64,000 nucleotides of DNA from an uncultured Chitinophagaceae bacterium (GCA_964537475.1 CAZIBY010000006.1:154641-218640), one strand, 5' to 3'; shown: positions 38,201-47,041, counted from the first letter of the stretch. Numbers and translations: made by a program. The notes: generated by a model from the letters alone, not told the origin.

Positions 38201-38658
38201 ATACTACCCGCTCGGGCTCGGGTGTCATAGCGCAGATGAGGGCCATCGTCACTACAGATAATATAGATGGCAAGGACCTCTCGTACTATCCCGTGCAGAT
38301 CATCATCTCTGATGTACGCGCCATAGACCAGCACGGCAGTGTACTGCAGGTCAATGAAGGCGCTGACTCTACGGAGGTAGGCTACACGCCGCTGGGTGTG
38401 CATAGCATGACCGCAGACGCTGACGTAGCCATCTATCCTAATCCGGCTAATAGCCTGCTGCATATCACATCGGCAAAGACGGTAGCACAGTCTGCCGAGG
38501 TGGTCAATACGCTGGGCGAGGTAGCAGGCAGCTACACCTGGACAGGCACACAGACGGAGCACACAGCAGATCTGAGCAGCCTGGCCAGTGGCATTTACTA
38601 CATCCGCATCCATACGCGTAGCGGAGTAGCAGTCAGAAAATTCTCGATAGCACATTGA
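35251..38658 (+). CDS. Large T9SS-secreted adhesin-like protein: SprB-type repeats + dockerin-like + cohesin-like modules + C-terminal sorting domain
   Basis: The signal peptide starts at the ATG at 35251. About eight repeats have the pattern C..(G/N)..DG...(6-10)..GGT(A/G)PY.Y.W (e.g. ATCNGQNDGSACVTASGGTGGYTYTW). Ca-loop pairs DADANLLVDNND and DCNGDGMIDATD are dockerin-like. A cohesin-like block (LTVDIHLGDVS...YGLAYTINYDPAVLD) follows. The CTD is VAIYPNPANSLLHI...GIYYIRIHT...RKFSIAH. Confidence 0.85.
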   Translation: MQTQPTIKTKRNCRTLSTTLFLVLSLWGTAALAGSSYYTVCQNDSVFITSSGGTGGWAAFAGNPTASNVMNTGPDTAKVYGFLSSGVYGYIWNGSTGADTAYVTVNALPVADAGPDQSMCSGDFVTIGGAPTAAGGSGSYQYLWSPASGLSSATVSNPIASPVTLTTYTVTVVDQVSGCSAGDTVHVAVHANPTVSTTVTNSFCYGQPARICASGSGTTYIWATGATTTCINVLSSATYTVTTIDINGCTASASTSLSYPATAFAVTATHTDAHCSTADGSIVLTLSGGTAPYSSVIWSGGLTGTNPTNVAAGTYGYTVSDANGCQVSDTVHVSQLGSTLSVSDSVVNVSCYGSGDARIFSSVTGGTAPYTYHWSNFFTTPAVTPLQPGIYTLIVTDANGCTATSIDTVTQPASAFTSIATHTDAHCSAADGSIVLTLSGGTAPYGAVIWSGGLTGTNPTNVAAGTYGYTISDANGCQVSDTVTILQIGSTIAVADSAFNVTCNSMNNGRMVALAFGGTGPYTYSWSNGATTPQITGLSPGTYSVTAADASGCTATISDIITQPAPLILSITSVTNATCNGQNDGSACVTASGGTGGYTYTWAPAMITTPCMNGAPAGTYMVSVTDMNGCSTTAAATILQPAAISASLLASNVTCADSADGIASVSSVSGGTAPYTYLWTTFATTDSITDLGPGSYQIVIRDTNGCALLDSVQITQPAPMVVTITVTDETSPGANDGTTSATVTGGTAPYMYIWDNGAGSNSSTNLSAGSYALTVIDANACGITDTAIVGTCTTCVWPGDADANLLVDNNDLLPIGLGYDSTGPARAVTSIVWQGNQATDWAQSFGSYTPAVNYKYADCNGDGMIDATDTTAITQNFSLTHSKTIYRKPWRAGDPVIYPLLSKDTVANGDTLTVDIHLGDVSLTATNVYGLAYTINYDPAVLDTTKTTFTYGSSWLGSSADMISISKDLPAQGVIKTAVTRIDHTTRSGSGVIAQMRAIVTTDNIDGKDLSYYPVQIIISDVRAIDQHGSVLQVNEGADSTEVGYTPLGVHSMTADADVAIYPNPANSLLHITSAKTVAQSAEVVNTLGEVAGSYTWTGTQTEHTADLSSLASGIYYIRIHTRSGVAVRKFSIAH
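36052..36243 (+). repeat. Copy 1 of a high-identity internal duplication within the adhesin gene
   Basis: 192 nt with 17 mismatches to 36508..36699 by manual alignment. The offset is 456 nt (152 codons). Confidence 0.9.
36508..36699 (+). repeat. Copy 2 of the high-identity internal duplication within the adhesin gene
   Basis: See copy 1. It encodes ATHTDAHCSAADGSIVLTLSGGTAPYGAVIWSGGLTGTNPTNVAAGTYGYTISDANGCQVSDTV. Confidence 0.9.
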
Positions 38659-38686
38659 TATGATCTTATAGAAAGCCTGTAAGCGC

Positions 38687-38711
38687 AGCGGCCCTCGTGG
38701 CCGCTTTTTTT
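38687..38711 (+). terminator. Rho-independent terminator after the adhesin gene
   Basis: AGCGGCC (38687-38693) pairs with GGCCGCT (38699-38705) around loop CTCGT, followed by a T7 run. Confidence 0.8.
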
Positions 38712-38742
38712 ATTCATATCAATCGTGTATTTTCACGCCGCT

Positions 38743-39447
38743 ATGCAATATAAACGGATACTCCTCAAGCTCAGCGGCGAATCTCTGATGGGCTCCCAGC
38801 AATACGGTATAGATACGACAGTGGTGATGCAATACGCCGCCGAGATCAAGGCGCTGGTGGAGAAAGGCGTGGAGGTAGCGATCGTGATAGGCGGTGGCAA
38901 TATCTACCGAGGCATACAGGCTACGGCCACCGGCATAGACCGCGTGCAAGGCGACTATATGGGCATGCTGGCTACCGTGATCAATAGTATGGCACTGCAG
39001 AGTGCACTGGAGAAGGAAGGTGTACATACCCGCCTGCTCACCGCGCTGGAGATCCGCCAGGTAGCAGAACCCTTTATCAAGAGGCGTGCAGTACGCCATC
39101 TGGAGAAGGGACGCGTAGTGATCTTTGGTGCCGGTACGGGCAATCCGTACTTCACCACTGATACTGCTGCTGCGCTGCGCGCTACAGAGATAGAGGCAGA
39201 TGTGGTGCTGAAGGGTACACGGGTGGATGGCATCTATGACAGCGATCCGGAGAAGAATCCAAACGCCAAAAAATACACTACCCTCAGCTATGTAGATGCG
39301 ATAGCACAAAAGCTGAACGTGATGGACATGACAGCCTTCACACTCTGCCAGGAGAATCATATCCCGATCATCGTATTTGATATGAATACACCGGGCAACC
39401 TGATGAAAGTAGTGACTGGCGACGGTATAGGTACACTCGTAAAGTAA
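38743..39447 (+). CDS. pyrH: UMP kinase
   Basis: [43 protein letters not shown] place the start at the ATG at 38743 rather than the GTG at 38725. Confidence 0.95.
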   Translation: MQYKRILLKLSGESLMGSQQYGIDTTVVMQYAAEIKALVEKGVEVAIVIGGGNIYRGIQATATGIDRVQGDYMGMLATVINSMALQSALEKEGVHTRLLTALEIRQVAEPFIKRRAVRHLEKGRVVIFGAGTGNPYFTTDTAAALRATEIEADVVLKGTRVDGIYDSDPEKNPNAKKYTTLSYVDAIAQKLNVMDMTAFTLCQENHIPIIVFDMNTPGNLMKVVTGDGIGTLVK

Positions 39448-39476
39448 TAAGTAAGATCCTCATAAAATAGACAACC

Positions 39477-40043
39477 ATGACAGATGCAGATGTAAAGAAC
39501 CTACTCAGCGATGTGAAGTCTCAGATGCAAAAAGCGCTGGAGCACTACGAATATGAACTGAGCAAAATACGTGCAGGCAAAGCCAGCCCGATGGTACTGG
39601 AAGGCATCAATGCTGAGGCCTATGGCGCTATGACCCCTATCAACCAGCTGGCCAACGTGACCACGCCGGATGCGAGGACCATCAGCATACAGCCGTGGGA
39701 TAGCTCCGTGCTCGCTCCCATAGAGAAAGCCATCCTGATGGCCAATATCGGCCTCACACCTCAAAACGATGGCAAGATCATACGCCTTAATATACCGCCG
39801 CTCACTGAGGAGCGCCGCAAGGACCTGGTAAAACAGGTGAAGAACGAAGCCGAAGAGTGCCGTATATCACTGCGTAGCGCCCGCCGTGACGCCAATGAAA
39901 AGATCAAGAAAATGCAGAAGGACGGCCTGCCGGAAGATAGCGCCAAGGATGCCGAGACACAGGTCCAGAATACGCTGAATGACTACTCTGCCCGTGTGGA
40001 CAAGCACATAGAGGTAAAGGAGAAAGAGATCATGACCGTATAA
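39477..40043 (+). CDS. frr: Ribosome recycling factor
   Basis: 188 aa. ...IRAGKASPMVLEGI..., PWDSSVL..IEKAI..ANIGLTPQNDG..IRLNIPPLTEERRKDLVK. It follows pyrH, as is usual. Confidence 0.95.
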   Translation: MTDADVKNLLSDVKSQMQKALEHYEYELSKIRAGKASPMVLEGINAEAYGAMTPINQLANVTTPDARTISIQPWDSSVLAPIEKAILMANIGLTPQNDGKIIRLNIPPLTEERRKDLVKQVKNEAEECRISLRSARRDANEKIKKMQKDGLPEDSAKDAETQVQNTLNDYSARVDKHIEVKEKEIMTV

Positions 40044-40068
40044 TCTTTCAAAGAGATTTTATCATACT

Positions 40069-40100
40069 GACCGGCCTGCTATGCGGGCCGGTCCTATTTT
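40069..40100 (+). terminator. Probable intrinsic terminator after frr
   Basis: GACCGGCC (40069-40076) pairs with GGCCGGTC (40086-40093), followed by CTATTTTGTGT. The U-tract is interrupted. Confidence 0.55.
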
Positions 40101-40171
40101 GTGTATAGCCGAAATGGGTAGCTATTATATTTCCAATAAATAATACGGACATTTACTGCACAAGAAACGGA

Positions 40172-40504
40172 ATGGACAGTAATCTGAAATACGACAAGCA
40201 TATATTCATCTGTACCAACCAGCGGGTAAACAGCGAGCGCCCCAGCTGCGGCGAGGCACACGGCATGGAGCTGGTACAGGCTTTCAAGAAAGAGATCAAA
40301 GACCACGGGCTGAATGTCAATATGCGCGCGCAAAAGACAGGCTGCCTGGATATATGTGAACTGGGGCCGAGCGTGGTGGTCTATCCGGAGGGCGTTTTCT
40401 ATGGCAATGTACAGCTCAGTGATGTGGCCGAGATAGTAGAAGAGCATTTGGTCAATGACCGTCCGGTAGCACGCCTTCGGTTGAAATTTGAAAGACCAGC
40501 CTGA
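40172..40504 (+). CDS. Thioredoxin-like [2Fe-2S] ferredoxin
   Basis: 110 aa. Cys pattern ICTNQR...PSCG...(35)...GCLDIC.LGP with VVVYPEGVFYG, typical of the 2Fe-2S thioredoxin-like ferredoxin family. Confidence 0.8.
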   Translation: MDSNLKYDKHIFICTNQRVNSERPSCGEAHGMELVQAFKKEIKDHGLNVNMRAQKTGCLDICELGPSVVVYPEGVFYGNVQLSDVAEIVEEHLVNDRPVARLRLKFERPA

Positions 40505-41226
40505 TGAAAGCAGTAAAATTTCTACTGAGTGGTATCATGCTGCTGCCGCTACTGCTGGTGGCGCAGGATAAAGATGCATCAGCACTATATGGCGAGGGTG
40601 TGAGGGCGTATTATGATGGCGACTATTTTACAGCGATCATCAAGTATACCGACGCCCTGCGGCAGAAGCCTAATACTGTGGGCTACCTGTACAACCGGGG
40701 CCTGGCCTATCTCAAAACAAATAATAGCCCGGCGGCAGCTATGGACTTTCATCAGGTGCTGGTGCTGGATAGCAGCTATCTAGATGCCTGGTATGAACTG
40801 GGCAGTATAGAGATGGACGCCAAGAAATATGATAGCGCCAATGTGTACTTCAAGCACGCGCTCCAGATCAGCGCAGAGGATGTCCGGTCGCTGCACCAGC
40901 TGGCTGTGATCTGCTACTATAAGAGGAACAACAAGGCAGCCATAGAGATATATAATAAAATCCTGTCTATAGACCCCAAAGACGAGCAGGCGCTCTACAA
41001 AAGGGGACTCGCAAAAGCTAACGCTTCGGATTTTTCGGGGGCCATCCGCGATTTTAACATACTGCTGGGCCTCAACCCACGCCATACCCAGGCACTGGAG
41101 GAGAGGGCGAGTAGCTATATGAGGGTCAATGACTTAGATAACGCTTGTCGCGATTTTCAGAAACTCATGGAGCTAGGCAATCCCCGCGCTAAAGAAAATA
41201 TCATGAAATATTGTGTCAAACACTGA
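40504..41226 (+). CDS. Secreted tetratricopeptide-repeat protein
   Basis: Signal peptide, then five or six 34-aa TPR-like units (AxxxYxxAL..P......Y.RGLA pattern). The start overlaps the ferredoxin stop (TGATG). Confidence 0.75.
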   Translation: MKAVKFLLSGIMLLPLLLVAQDKDASALYGEGVRAYYDGDYFTAIIKYTDALRQKPNTVGYLYNRGLAYLKTNNSPAAAMDFHQVLVLDSSYLDAWYELGSIEMDAKKYDSANVYFKHALQISAEDVRSLHQLAVICYYKRNNKAAIEIYNKILSIDPKDEQALYKRGLAKANASDFSGAIRDFNILLGLNPRHTQALEERASSYMRVNDLDNACRDFQKLMELGNPRAKENIMKYCVKH

Positions 41227-41358
41227 CACCCTATTATGTAATTGGCGTATATTCATAATGTTGCAACATGTATCATTGTTAAAATCAATACATATTGTAA
41301 CAAGTCGAACTTTGTAAGCGTAGTGCATATATTATTTATTGTCTTCATTTATGCGCGC

Positions 41359-43467
41359 ATGAAGAAAAGCTACGCAACCCTACTATGTCTGATCGTCTTG
41401 ATTTTTTCGGCATTTACCGGAAAGGCTAATAGCGATGAGCAATCCAAAGTCAACGAGCTGATAGAAGTCTCTACGGCCTATCGCTTCTCTGACATTCATA
41501 AATCCCTGACCACGATAGATGAGGCGCTGGCCATAGCGCAAAAGATAGACTACAAGCAGGGTATAGCCCGCTGCTATCTCAAAAAGGGACAATACCTGTC
41601 CAACGCCGGCGCACTGAAAGAAAGCGGCGAAAACCTCCAAAAAGCGGCAGACCTCTTCAAAAGTATAGACAAGCGCAATGAATATGCAGTCTGCCTCAAG
41701 GAGCTGGCCGACTACAAGCGCGCTACCGGTGACCCCGAGAAGGCCGAAGACCTGATCAAAGAATCATCTGCCATAGCCGCAGAGCTGCAGGATAATCAGC
41801 TGCTGGCAGAGTGCCAGATAGCCAGCGGTATCATAGATATGAATACGGGCGAGCTGGCTGATGCGACAGCACACTTCCTGAGCGCGCTGAAAACTGCCGA
41901 GGCGATAAAGAATGACGAGATCATCATGAATAGCTGCCGTGAGCTGGGCAATATCAACTCTCTGGAAGAAAATATCCCGCGCTCCAATGAATACTTCGAG
42001 CGGGCACTGACCATCAGCAATAAGATAGGCAATAAGCTCGGTGTGGCAGACGCCTACTGCAATATCGGCGCGAACTTTCTGACCATAGGAAACCTGGACG
42101 AGGCTGTAGCCAATATCTCAAAGTCAATGGAGCTCAGCCGCCAGCTCAACTATAAGCCTACGCTGGCGCTTGACCTGCTGAATATGGGGTACTGCCTCAC
42201 CTATCAGAATAAATATCCGGAGGCCGAGGGCAAACTATCTGAAGCGGAAAATGTCTTTACTGAGCTGGGAGATAAACACGGACAGTCAGAGGTACTCAAT
42301 GCAAAAGGCTACCTGGCCGCCAAATCGCGAAACCTGGACGAAGCCGAAAAGAATTATGTAGCAAGTGCTACCGTGGCAAAGGCCATCAAGGCAAATGACC
42401 AGCTCAAGGCATCTTATGATGGGCTAGCCTATATATTTGAGCAGAAGAAGAACTATGAAGGTGCTTATCATTTCCAGAAGCTCTCAAAAGAGATCAGCAA
42501 CCAGATCTTCAATACCAGCAATGCACGCGCAGTGACCAAACTGCAGCTCAACTATGATTTTGAAAAAGTAAAGGAGCAGCAGCGCCGGGAGCAGGACCTG
42601 AAGGATAAAGTGACGGCCTCAGACCGCAAGCGTGAGCGCTGGTTCAACTACTTCCTGGTAGTAGTCGGGCTCATGGCAGCGATCATAGCGGCGCTCACCT
42701 ATATGGCGTACCGCAATAGCCGCCGCGCCAAGGAACTGCTCGTAGAGAAGAACATCCTCATCACCAAAGAAAAGGAAACAGCGGAGCGCCTGCTCAGCGA
42801 TATCATACCTGCAGAGATCGAGACGCGTATCAAGGCATCAGGTATCTCAGAGTCAGAGAATTTCGCTACCGTGATGTTCATAGACTTTGATGACTTTACC
42901 AGCGTAGAGCAGCAGTTCAATCCTATAGAGCTGATGGACGAGCTGGACCTCGTCTTCAAGGGTATGGATGATGTCTGCAAGAAATTTAGGCTGGAGACGC
43001 TGAAGACACTGAGCGACGGCTACCTCTGTATAGGTGGCCTGGCCAATAGCCGCGACTGTACTCCTGAGGATGTGGTGAATGCTGCTATCAAGATCCAGCT
43101 CTACATGGATGAGATCAAGATGCGGCATATGAAGGACGGTAAGGCTTTCTTCCAGATGCGTATCGGTATCCATACCGGCCAGATAGCCGGAGGTATAGTA
43201 GGCGTGCGCACCATCGCCGCAGATATCTGGGGCGAGACCGTACAGGCTGCATCAGCTATCGAGAAAATGGCTGAGGCAGGCGAGATACGCATCTCTGATG
43301 CCACATTCCAGCTGGTCAAGAATAAGTTTGAGACGATCTATACAGGCCAGTCTAAGGTAGCATCTAAGGAAATGAAGGTTTACCAGATCACTAATTTCAA
43401 GGCGGAATACAGCCGCCTGTCTGTCACAGAAAGCATGACTGAGCTGATCATCAAGCTGGAAAACTGA
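41359..43467 (+). CDS. Class III adenylate/guanylate cyclase with periplasmic TPR array and one transmembrane helix
   Basis: Signal peptide from the ATG at 41359 (MKKSYATLLCLIVLIFSAFTGKANS), ~400 aa of TPR-like repeats, a coiled coil, TM (FNYFLVVVGLMAAIIAALTYMAY), and a cyclase domain (VMFIDFDDFT, KTLSDGYL, RIGIHTGQIAGGIVG, DIWGETV). Confidence 0.85.
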   Translation: MKKSYATLLCLIVLIFSAFTGKANSDEQSKVNELIEVSTAYRFSDIHKSLTTIDEALAIAQKIDYKQGIARCYLKKGQYLSNAGALKESGENLQKAADLFKSIDKRNEYAVCLKELADYKRATGDPEKAEDLIKESSAIAAELQDNQLLAECQIASGIIDMNTGELADATAHFLSALKTAEAIKNDEIIMNSCRELGNINSLEENIPRSNEYFERALTISNKIGNKLGVADAYCNIGANFLTIGNLDEAVANISKSMELSRQLNYKPTLALDLLNMGYCLTYQNKYPEAEGKLSEAENVFTELGDKHGQSEVLNAKGYLAAKSRNLDEAEKNYVASATVAKAIKANDQLKASYDGLAYIFEQKKNYEGAYHFQKLSKEISNQIFNTSNARAVTKLQLNYDFEKVKEQQRREQDLKDKVTASDRKRERWFNYFLVVVGLMAAIIAALTYMAYRNSRRAKELLVEKNILITKEKETAERLLSDIIPAEIETRIKASGISESENFATVMFIDFDDFTSVEQQFNPIELMDELDLVFKGMDDVCKKFRLETLKTLSDGYLCIGGLANSRDCTPEDVVNAAIKIQLYMDEIKMRHMKDGKAFFQMRIGIHTGQIAGGIVGVRTIAADIWGETVQAASAIEKMAEAGEIRISDATFQLVKNKFETIYTGQSKVASKEMKVYQITNFKAEYSRLSVTESMTELIIKLEN

Positions 43468-43473
43468 TCGGGC

Positions 43474-45714
43474 TCAGAACCGCACATTGATCCCTCCCAT
43501 CACATTAAATCCTGCCTGCGGGTAGTAGTAGTTGTAGCTGACCGGATCGGTCACGCTGCCATCTGAATTTTGATAGCGCTCGCGGTAGGTGTAGCCGTTG
43601 CTCTCATATAGCCTGTTGAAGATATTATTGAAGAGCATCGTAAACCTGACCTCTGCCCTGCTTTTGATCTTTAGCAGGTAGCTCACTCGTATATTGCTAT
43701 ACCAGTAGCGGCGCAGGCTGCGCTCATCACTCTGCGTATTGTCGAGGTATTGTTTGCCTATGAATTTGAAAGCCCAGGCTATCTCCAGATTCTTTACTGC
43801 CATCGTGTTGAGCTCTACGAATCCTACCCAGCGCGGGGAGAAGGCGATATCTGTATTGGGGTAGGTTGTTACTTTATTAAGCGCCGTCACCGGGGTGTAG
43901 GTAGAATCGTATGCAGGTACTACCTCCGTGTAGTTTTTGATCTTGGAGAGATTGTAGGAAACGCTGTAGCGGATACCGAAAAGTTTGGTCGTCGTCTCCG
44001 GGCGATTAAAGTTGATCTCAGCCAGCAGCTCTGCGCCTGCACGGAAGCTTTGCGGCACATTCACACGCAGAGGATCACCTACATCATTCAGCGCGCCTGT
44101 CAGGACGAGCTGATCCACATAGTACATATAGTATCCATTCAGGTGCACGGGGAAATTGACCCAGACCTTTGGCGATTTTACCATCGCATTGGTGATGTCG
44201 ATACCTGCCTCTATGTCGTGCAGTTTCTCAGGACGCGGCGCTGTGCCGTTGAGATTTTGTATGATGTCATCACGTACCGGCTCGCGGTGCGCCAGTGCGT
44301 AGGAGGCATACACGCGCCCTATTTTACCTGTCTTCACCGAGATACCCCCCTTGGGATTGAAGAAATGATAGGTGCGTGAGAAATCTACCGGCATCTGCGC
44401 ATCATCCAGCCCATGGGCGCCCATTTCTACAAAGCGATACTGCATATCTGCGTATAGGCTCAGCACGTTCACGGGGCTGTAGTTAGCTCTTGCATACACG
44501 TTGGCTTCGTTCTTATGAAATTTATTGAGGTAGTAGTCCGCATTAGGATTGAAGTTAGTAAAGCCCTCCACCCAGGTCACATTACCAAAGTAGTTGCCGG
44601 CAAAATTGGCATACATACCACCGATCGTGGCATCTACATTTTTATTGTTGTTGTAGTTGAAAGAGAAGACGCCACCTGCGTAGCGATTCTTCAGCCATTT
44701 GTGGCGCAGCAGGTTGGCATTGGTCACCGTGCTGTCTATGATGCCATAGTTAGCCAGGGCATCTCCCACTTTATATTCTTCATAGTAGCCCTTGCCCAGC
44801 GTGAGAAAGGCTACTGCATTCATGTTCCAATTGTGGCCCAGCCCCTGATTGAGTACGAGCTGAAAGTATTGCTTCTGATAGATGTCTACCTGATTGTACC
44901 ACGGTATAGCTGAGGCGCCATAGTCAAAGCCGGAGACATTGTACGTCCTGTTGGTGGCCAGAGAGTCTTGCGATACGCCGTTCCACGCTTGATACGTTTT
45001 CTCATGCCCGTTGAAATGCACGAAGCGGAGCATGGTTTTATTTTTCACGATACCCGCCTGTATGAAGTAGGACCACAGATTGGCCGAGGCGCGGTCCACG
45101 TAGCCGTCACTGGCTACATACGAGCCACGAGCCTCTACGAAGAATATGTTTTTGATAAGGCCCGACCCACCTTTTGCACTGAACTTACGGGTATTGAATG
45201 ATCCGAAGGAGGCTGTCACATCGCCAAAGGGCTTCAGCGAGATAGCATCTGTCTTCATATTGACGGAGGCGCCAAACGCCCCGCTGCCATTGGTAGAGGT
45301 ACCCACGCCCCGCTGTATCTGTATGCTCTCTGTAGAGGTGGCGATATCCGGCATATCTACCCAGTAGACGCTCTGGTCGTCGGGTTCATTCATCGGTACG
45401 CCGTTTACCGTCACATTGATACGCGTAGCATCCGTACCGCGTATGCGCATGCCGGTATAGCCTACACCGGTACCTGCATCTGAGGTGGTGACGAGCGAAG
45501 GCGTCAGGTCCAGCATATAGGGCAGGTCCTGGCCCAGGTTATTCTTCTGGATATCCTGTGCGGATATATTCTGGTAGGTGGTCGGGTCATTGGCCCCGGC
45601 GCGTGTGCCGGTGATGGTCACCTCCTGTGTGGTGATATTCTTCAGGCTGTCTGATTGCGCTATCGCGTAGCCTGCGGAAAGAAGGAAATAAGCAGTCGTA
45701 AATAAACCTCTCAT
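43474..45714 (-). CDS. TonB-dependent outer-membrane receptor (predicted thiamine/thiamine-precursor uptake, from the riboswitch)
   Basis: 746 aa. Signal peptide, plug domain (VTITGTR..., IRGTDATRINVTVNGVPMN, IQIQRGVGTSTNGSGAFG), a 22-strand-type barrel, and a C-terminal ...GGINVRF. Confidence 0.9.
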   Translation of the reverse strand: MRGLFTTAYFLLSAGYAIAQSDSLKNITTQEVTITGTRAGANDPTTYQNISAQDIQKNNLGQDLPYMLDLTPSLVTTSDAGTGVGYTGMRIRGTDATRINVTVNGVPMNEPDDQSVYWVDMPDIATSTESIQIQRGVGTSTNGSGAFGASVNMKTDAISLKPFGDVTASFGSFNTRKFSAKGGSGLIKNIFFVEARGSYVASDGYVDRASANLWSYFIQAGIVKNKTMLRFVHFNGHEKTYQAWNGVSQDSLATNRTYNVSGFDYGASAIPWYNQVDIYQKQYFQLVLNQGLGHNWNMNAVAFLTLGKGYYEEYKVGDALANYGIIDSTVTNANLLRHKWLKNRYAGGVFSFNYNNNKNVDATIGGMYANFAGNYFGNVTWVEGFTNFNPNADYYLNKFHKNEANVYARANYSPVNVLSLYADMQYRFVEMGAHGLDDAQMPVDFSRTYHFFNPKGGISVKTGKIGRVYASYALAHREPVRDDIIQNLNGTAPRPEKLHDIEAGIDITNAMVKSPKVWVNFPVHLNGYYMYYVDQLVLTGALNDVGDPLRVNVPQSFRAGAELLAEINFNRPETTTKLFGIRYSVSYNLSKIKNYTEVVPAYDSTYTPVTALNKVTTYPNTDIAFSPRWVGFVELNTMAVKNLEIAWAFKFIGKQYLDNTQSDERSLRRYWYSNIRVSYLLKIKSRAEVRFTMLFNNIFNRLYESNGYTYRERYQNSDGSVTDPVSYNYYYPQAGFNVMGGINVRF

Positions 45715-45787
45715 GGTGTTGTTTTTTGCTGCTTTCCGGCTAGCAATAGAAAACGTGAGAGGCTACAATAGCGGATGCTATTTGAGC

Positions 45788-45878
45788 TGTTCACTCCCTG
45801 CGCAGGCATTATCCTGATCAAGTTCGAAGGGTACTTCTCAGATCTCGCTGTGATGGCGAGAACGCCCCCGGAAAACGA
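45788..45878 (-). promoter_or_regulatory. TPP (THI-box) riboswitch
   Basis: The minus strand reads CCGGGGGCGUUCUCGCCAUCACAGCGAGAUCUGAGAAGUACCCUUCGAACUUGAUCAGGAUAAUGCCUGCGCAGGGAGUGAA. It contains the invariant CUGAGA, ACCC...GAAC.UGAUC.GG.UAAUGCC.GCG.AGGGA blocks of RF00059. It lies ~75 nt upstream of the receptor ATG. Confidence 0.85.
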
Positions 45879-45928
45879 GGGCAAAGTAAGAACATTAAAA
45901 TCTGAATTTCAAAATTTATGTTGTGGCA

Positions 45929-47041
45929 CTACTTCATATCCGGCGCATTGACCAGCTCTTTGATGTCGCGTGGCTTCTCATTCAGCACGATGTCATCTAC
46001 CTCTGAGCGCATCACTATTTCATTCATTTTGAGGTGCATGGTCCGGTCTACTACTTTAGCGGTAGTAGAGTAGACGAGGTTCTGATGGCTTCCAAATAAT
46101 TTTCCGCTGGCATAGGTAGACTGCTGTATGTAGTCCAGTACATATTTCCCATCCACTTTCGCAAAGGCGATCTTCGCATTTACATTCAGCGTGTCCATTT
46201 TGGCCACCAGCATATAGCGCTCAGGCTTTTCATTGTAGACATGCAGCTCGATGTAGCGGATACCTTTATCTTTCTTATTGATGTAGACATAGCCATTGCC
46301 GCGCACTGATTTATCTTTCTTCTGCGGTATGCGGCGGAAATTGATCACATCGTATTCTTCACCATCCAGCACAGCCGTAGAGGATACAAAGGAGAAGTCG
46401 TTCTCCTTCATCCGCTCTTCGCTGAACAGCTTCTCAGGGTACATGATTTTTAGCAGTACAGTAGGCGGTATCTGCACATGAAACATCGCGCCCTTTTGCT
46501 CATACACCTCGTGCTTGTGGTCTACCGTGTAGATGCGCGGGCTGTCCTTGGCCAGGTAGCTGGGCAGGTACATGTCAAAGTCAAAATAATTGTAGTGGTT
46601 CTTCTCGCCAGATACGACGCTGTAGTCCTTGAAGATGATATGATTTTTGGTAAACTCAGCGGGATAGTTGTCAGCTATGTGGGACAGGGCATCCCGCAGC
46701 ATTCCCTTTGCATCTGTAGGCTGTACTACTACCTCCTGCAGGCCGTAGTTTTTTGACTTCATCACGATAGGCTCCTTGCGGTCCTTTAGCTGCGCTATGG
46801 TCAGGTGTACCTCCTCATAGCCTATATGGCTGAAGGTAACAAGCGTCGTGTCCGCTGCATCTTTTGCATCAAAAGAAAATAGGCCACTCTCACTGGTATA
46901 GCCACCTATCTGTGTCCGCACATTGGAGAATGTGGTGAAAGAGAGCGAGTGACCCTCCTGGTCCAGTACGGTGCCGATCACGGTTTGCGCACCGGCAGTG
47001 AGGCAAAGGATAATGAAGCACAGGAATGCTAGGTGTTTCAT
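45929..47041 (-). CDS. Hypothetical secreted protein with N-terminal carboxypeptidase-regulatory-like (CarboxypepD_reg) domain
   Basis: Signal peptide MKHLAFLCFIILCLTAGAQ, then VIGTVLDQEGHSLSFTTFSNVRT..GGYTSESGLFSF, the pattern of the CarboxypepD_reg beta-sandwich. The rest is unrecognised. Confidence 0.55.
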   Translation of the reverse strand: MKHLAFLCFIILCLTAGAQTVIGTVLDQEGHSLSFTTFSNVRTQIGGYTSESGLFSFDAKDAADTTLVTFSHIGYEEVHLTIAQLKDRKEPIVMKSKNYGLQEVVVQPTDAKGMLRDALSHIADNYPAEFTKNHIIFKDYSVVSGEKNHYNYFDFDMYLPSYLAKDSPRIYTVDHKHEVYEQKGAMFHVQIPPTVLLKIMYPEKLFSEERMKENDFSFVSSTAVLDGEEYDVINFRRIPQKKDKSVRGNGYVYINKKDKGIRYIELHVYNEKPERYMLVAKMDTLNVNAKIAFAKVDGKYVLDYIQQSTYASGKLFGSHQNLVYSTTAKVVDRTMHLKMNEIVMRSEVDDIVLNEKPRDIKELVNAPDMK

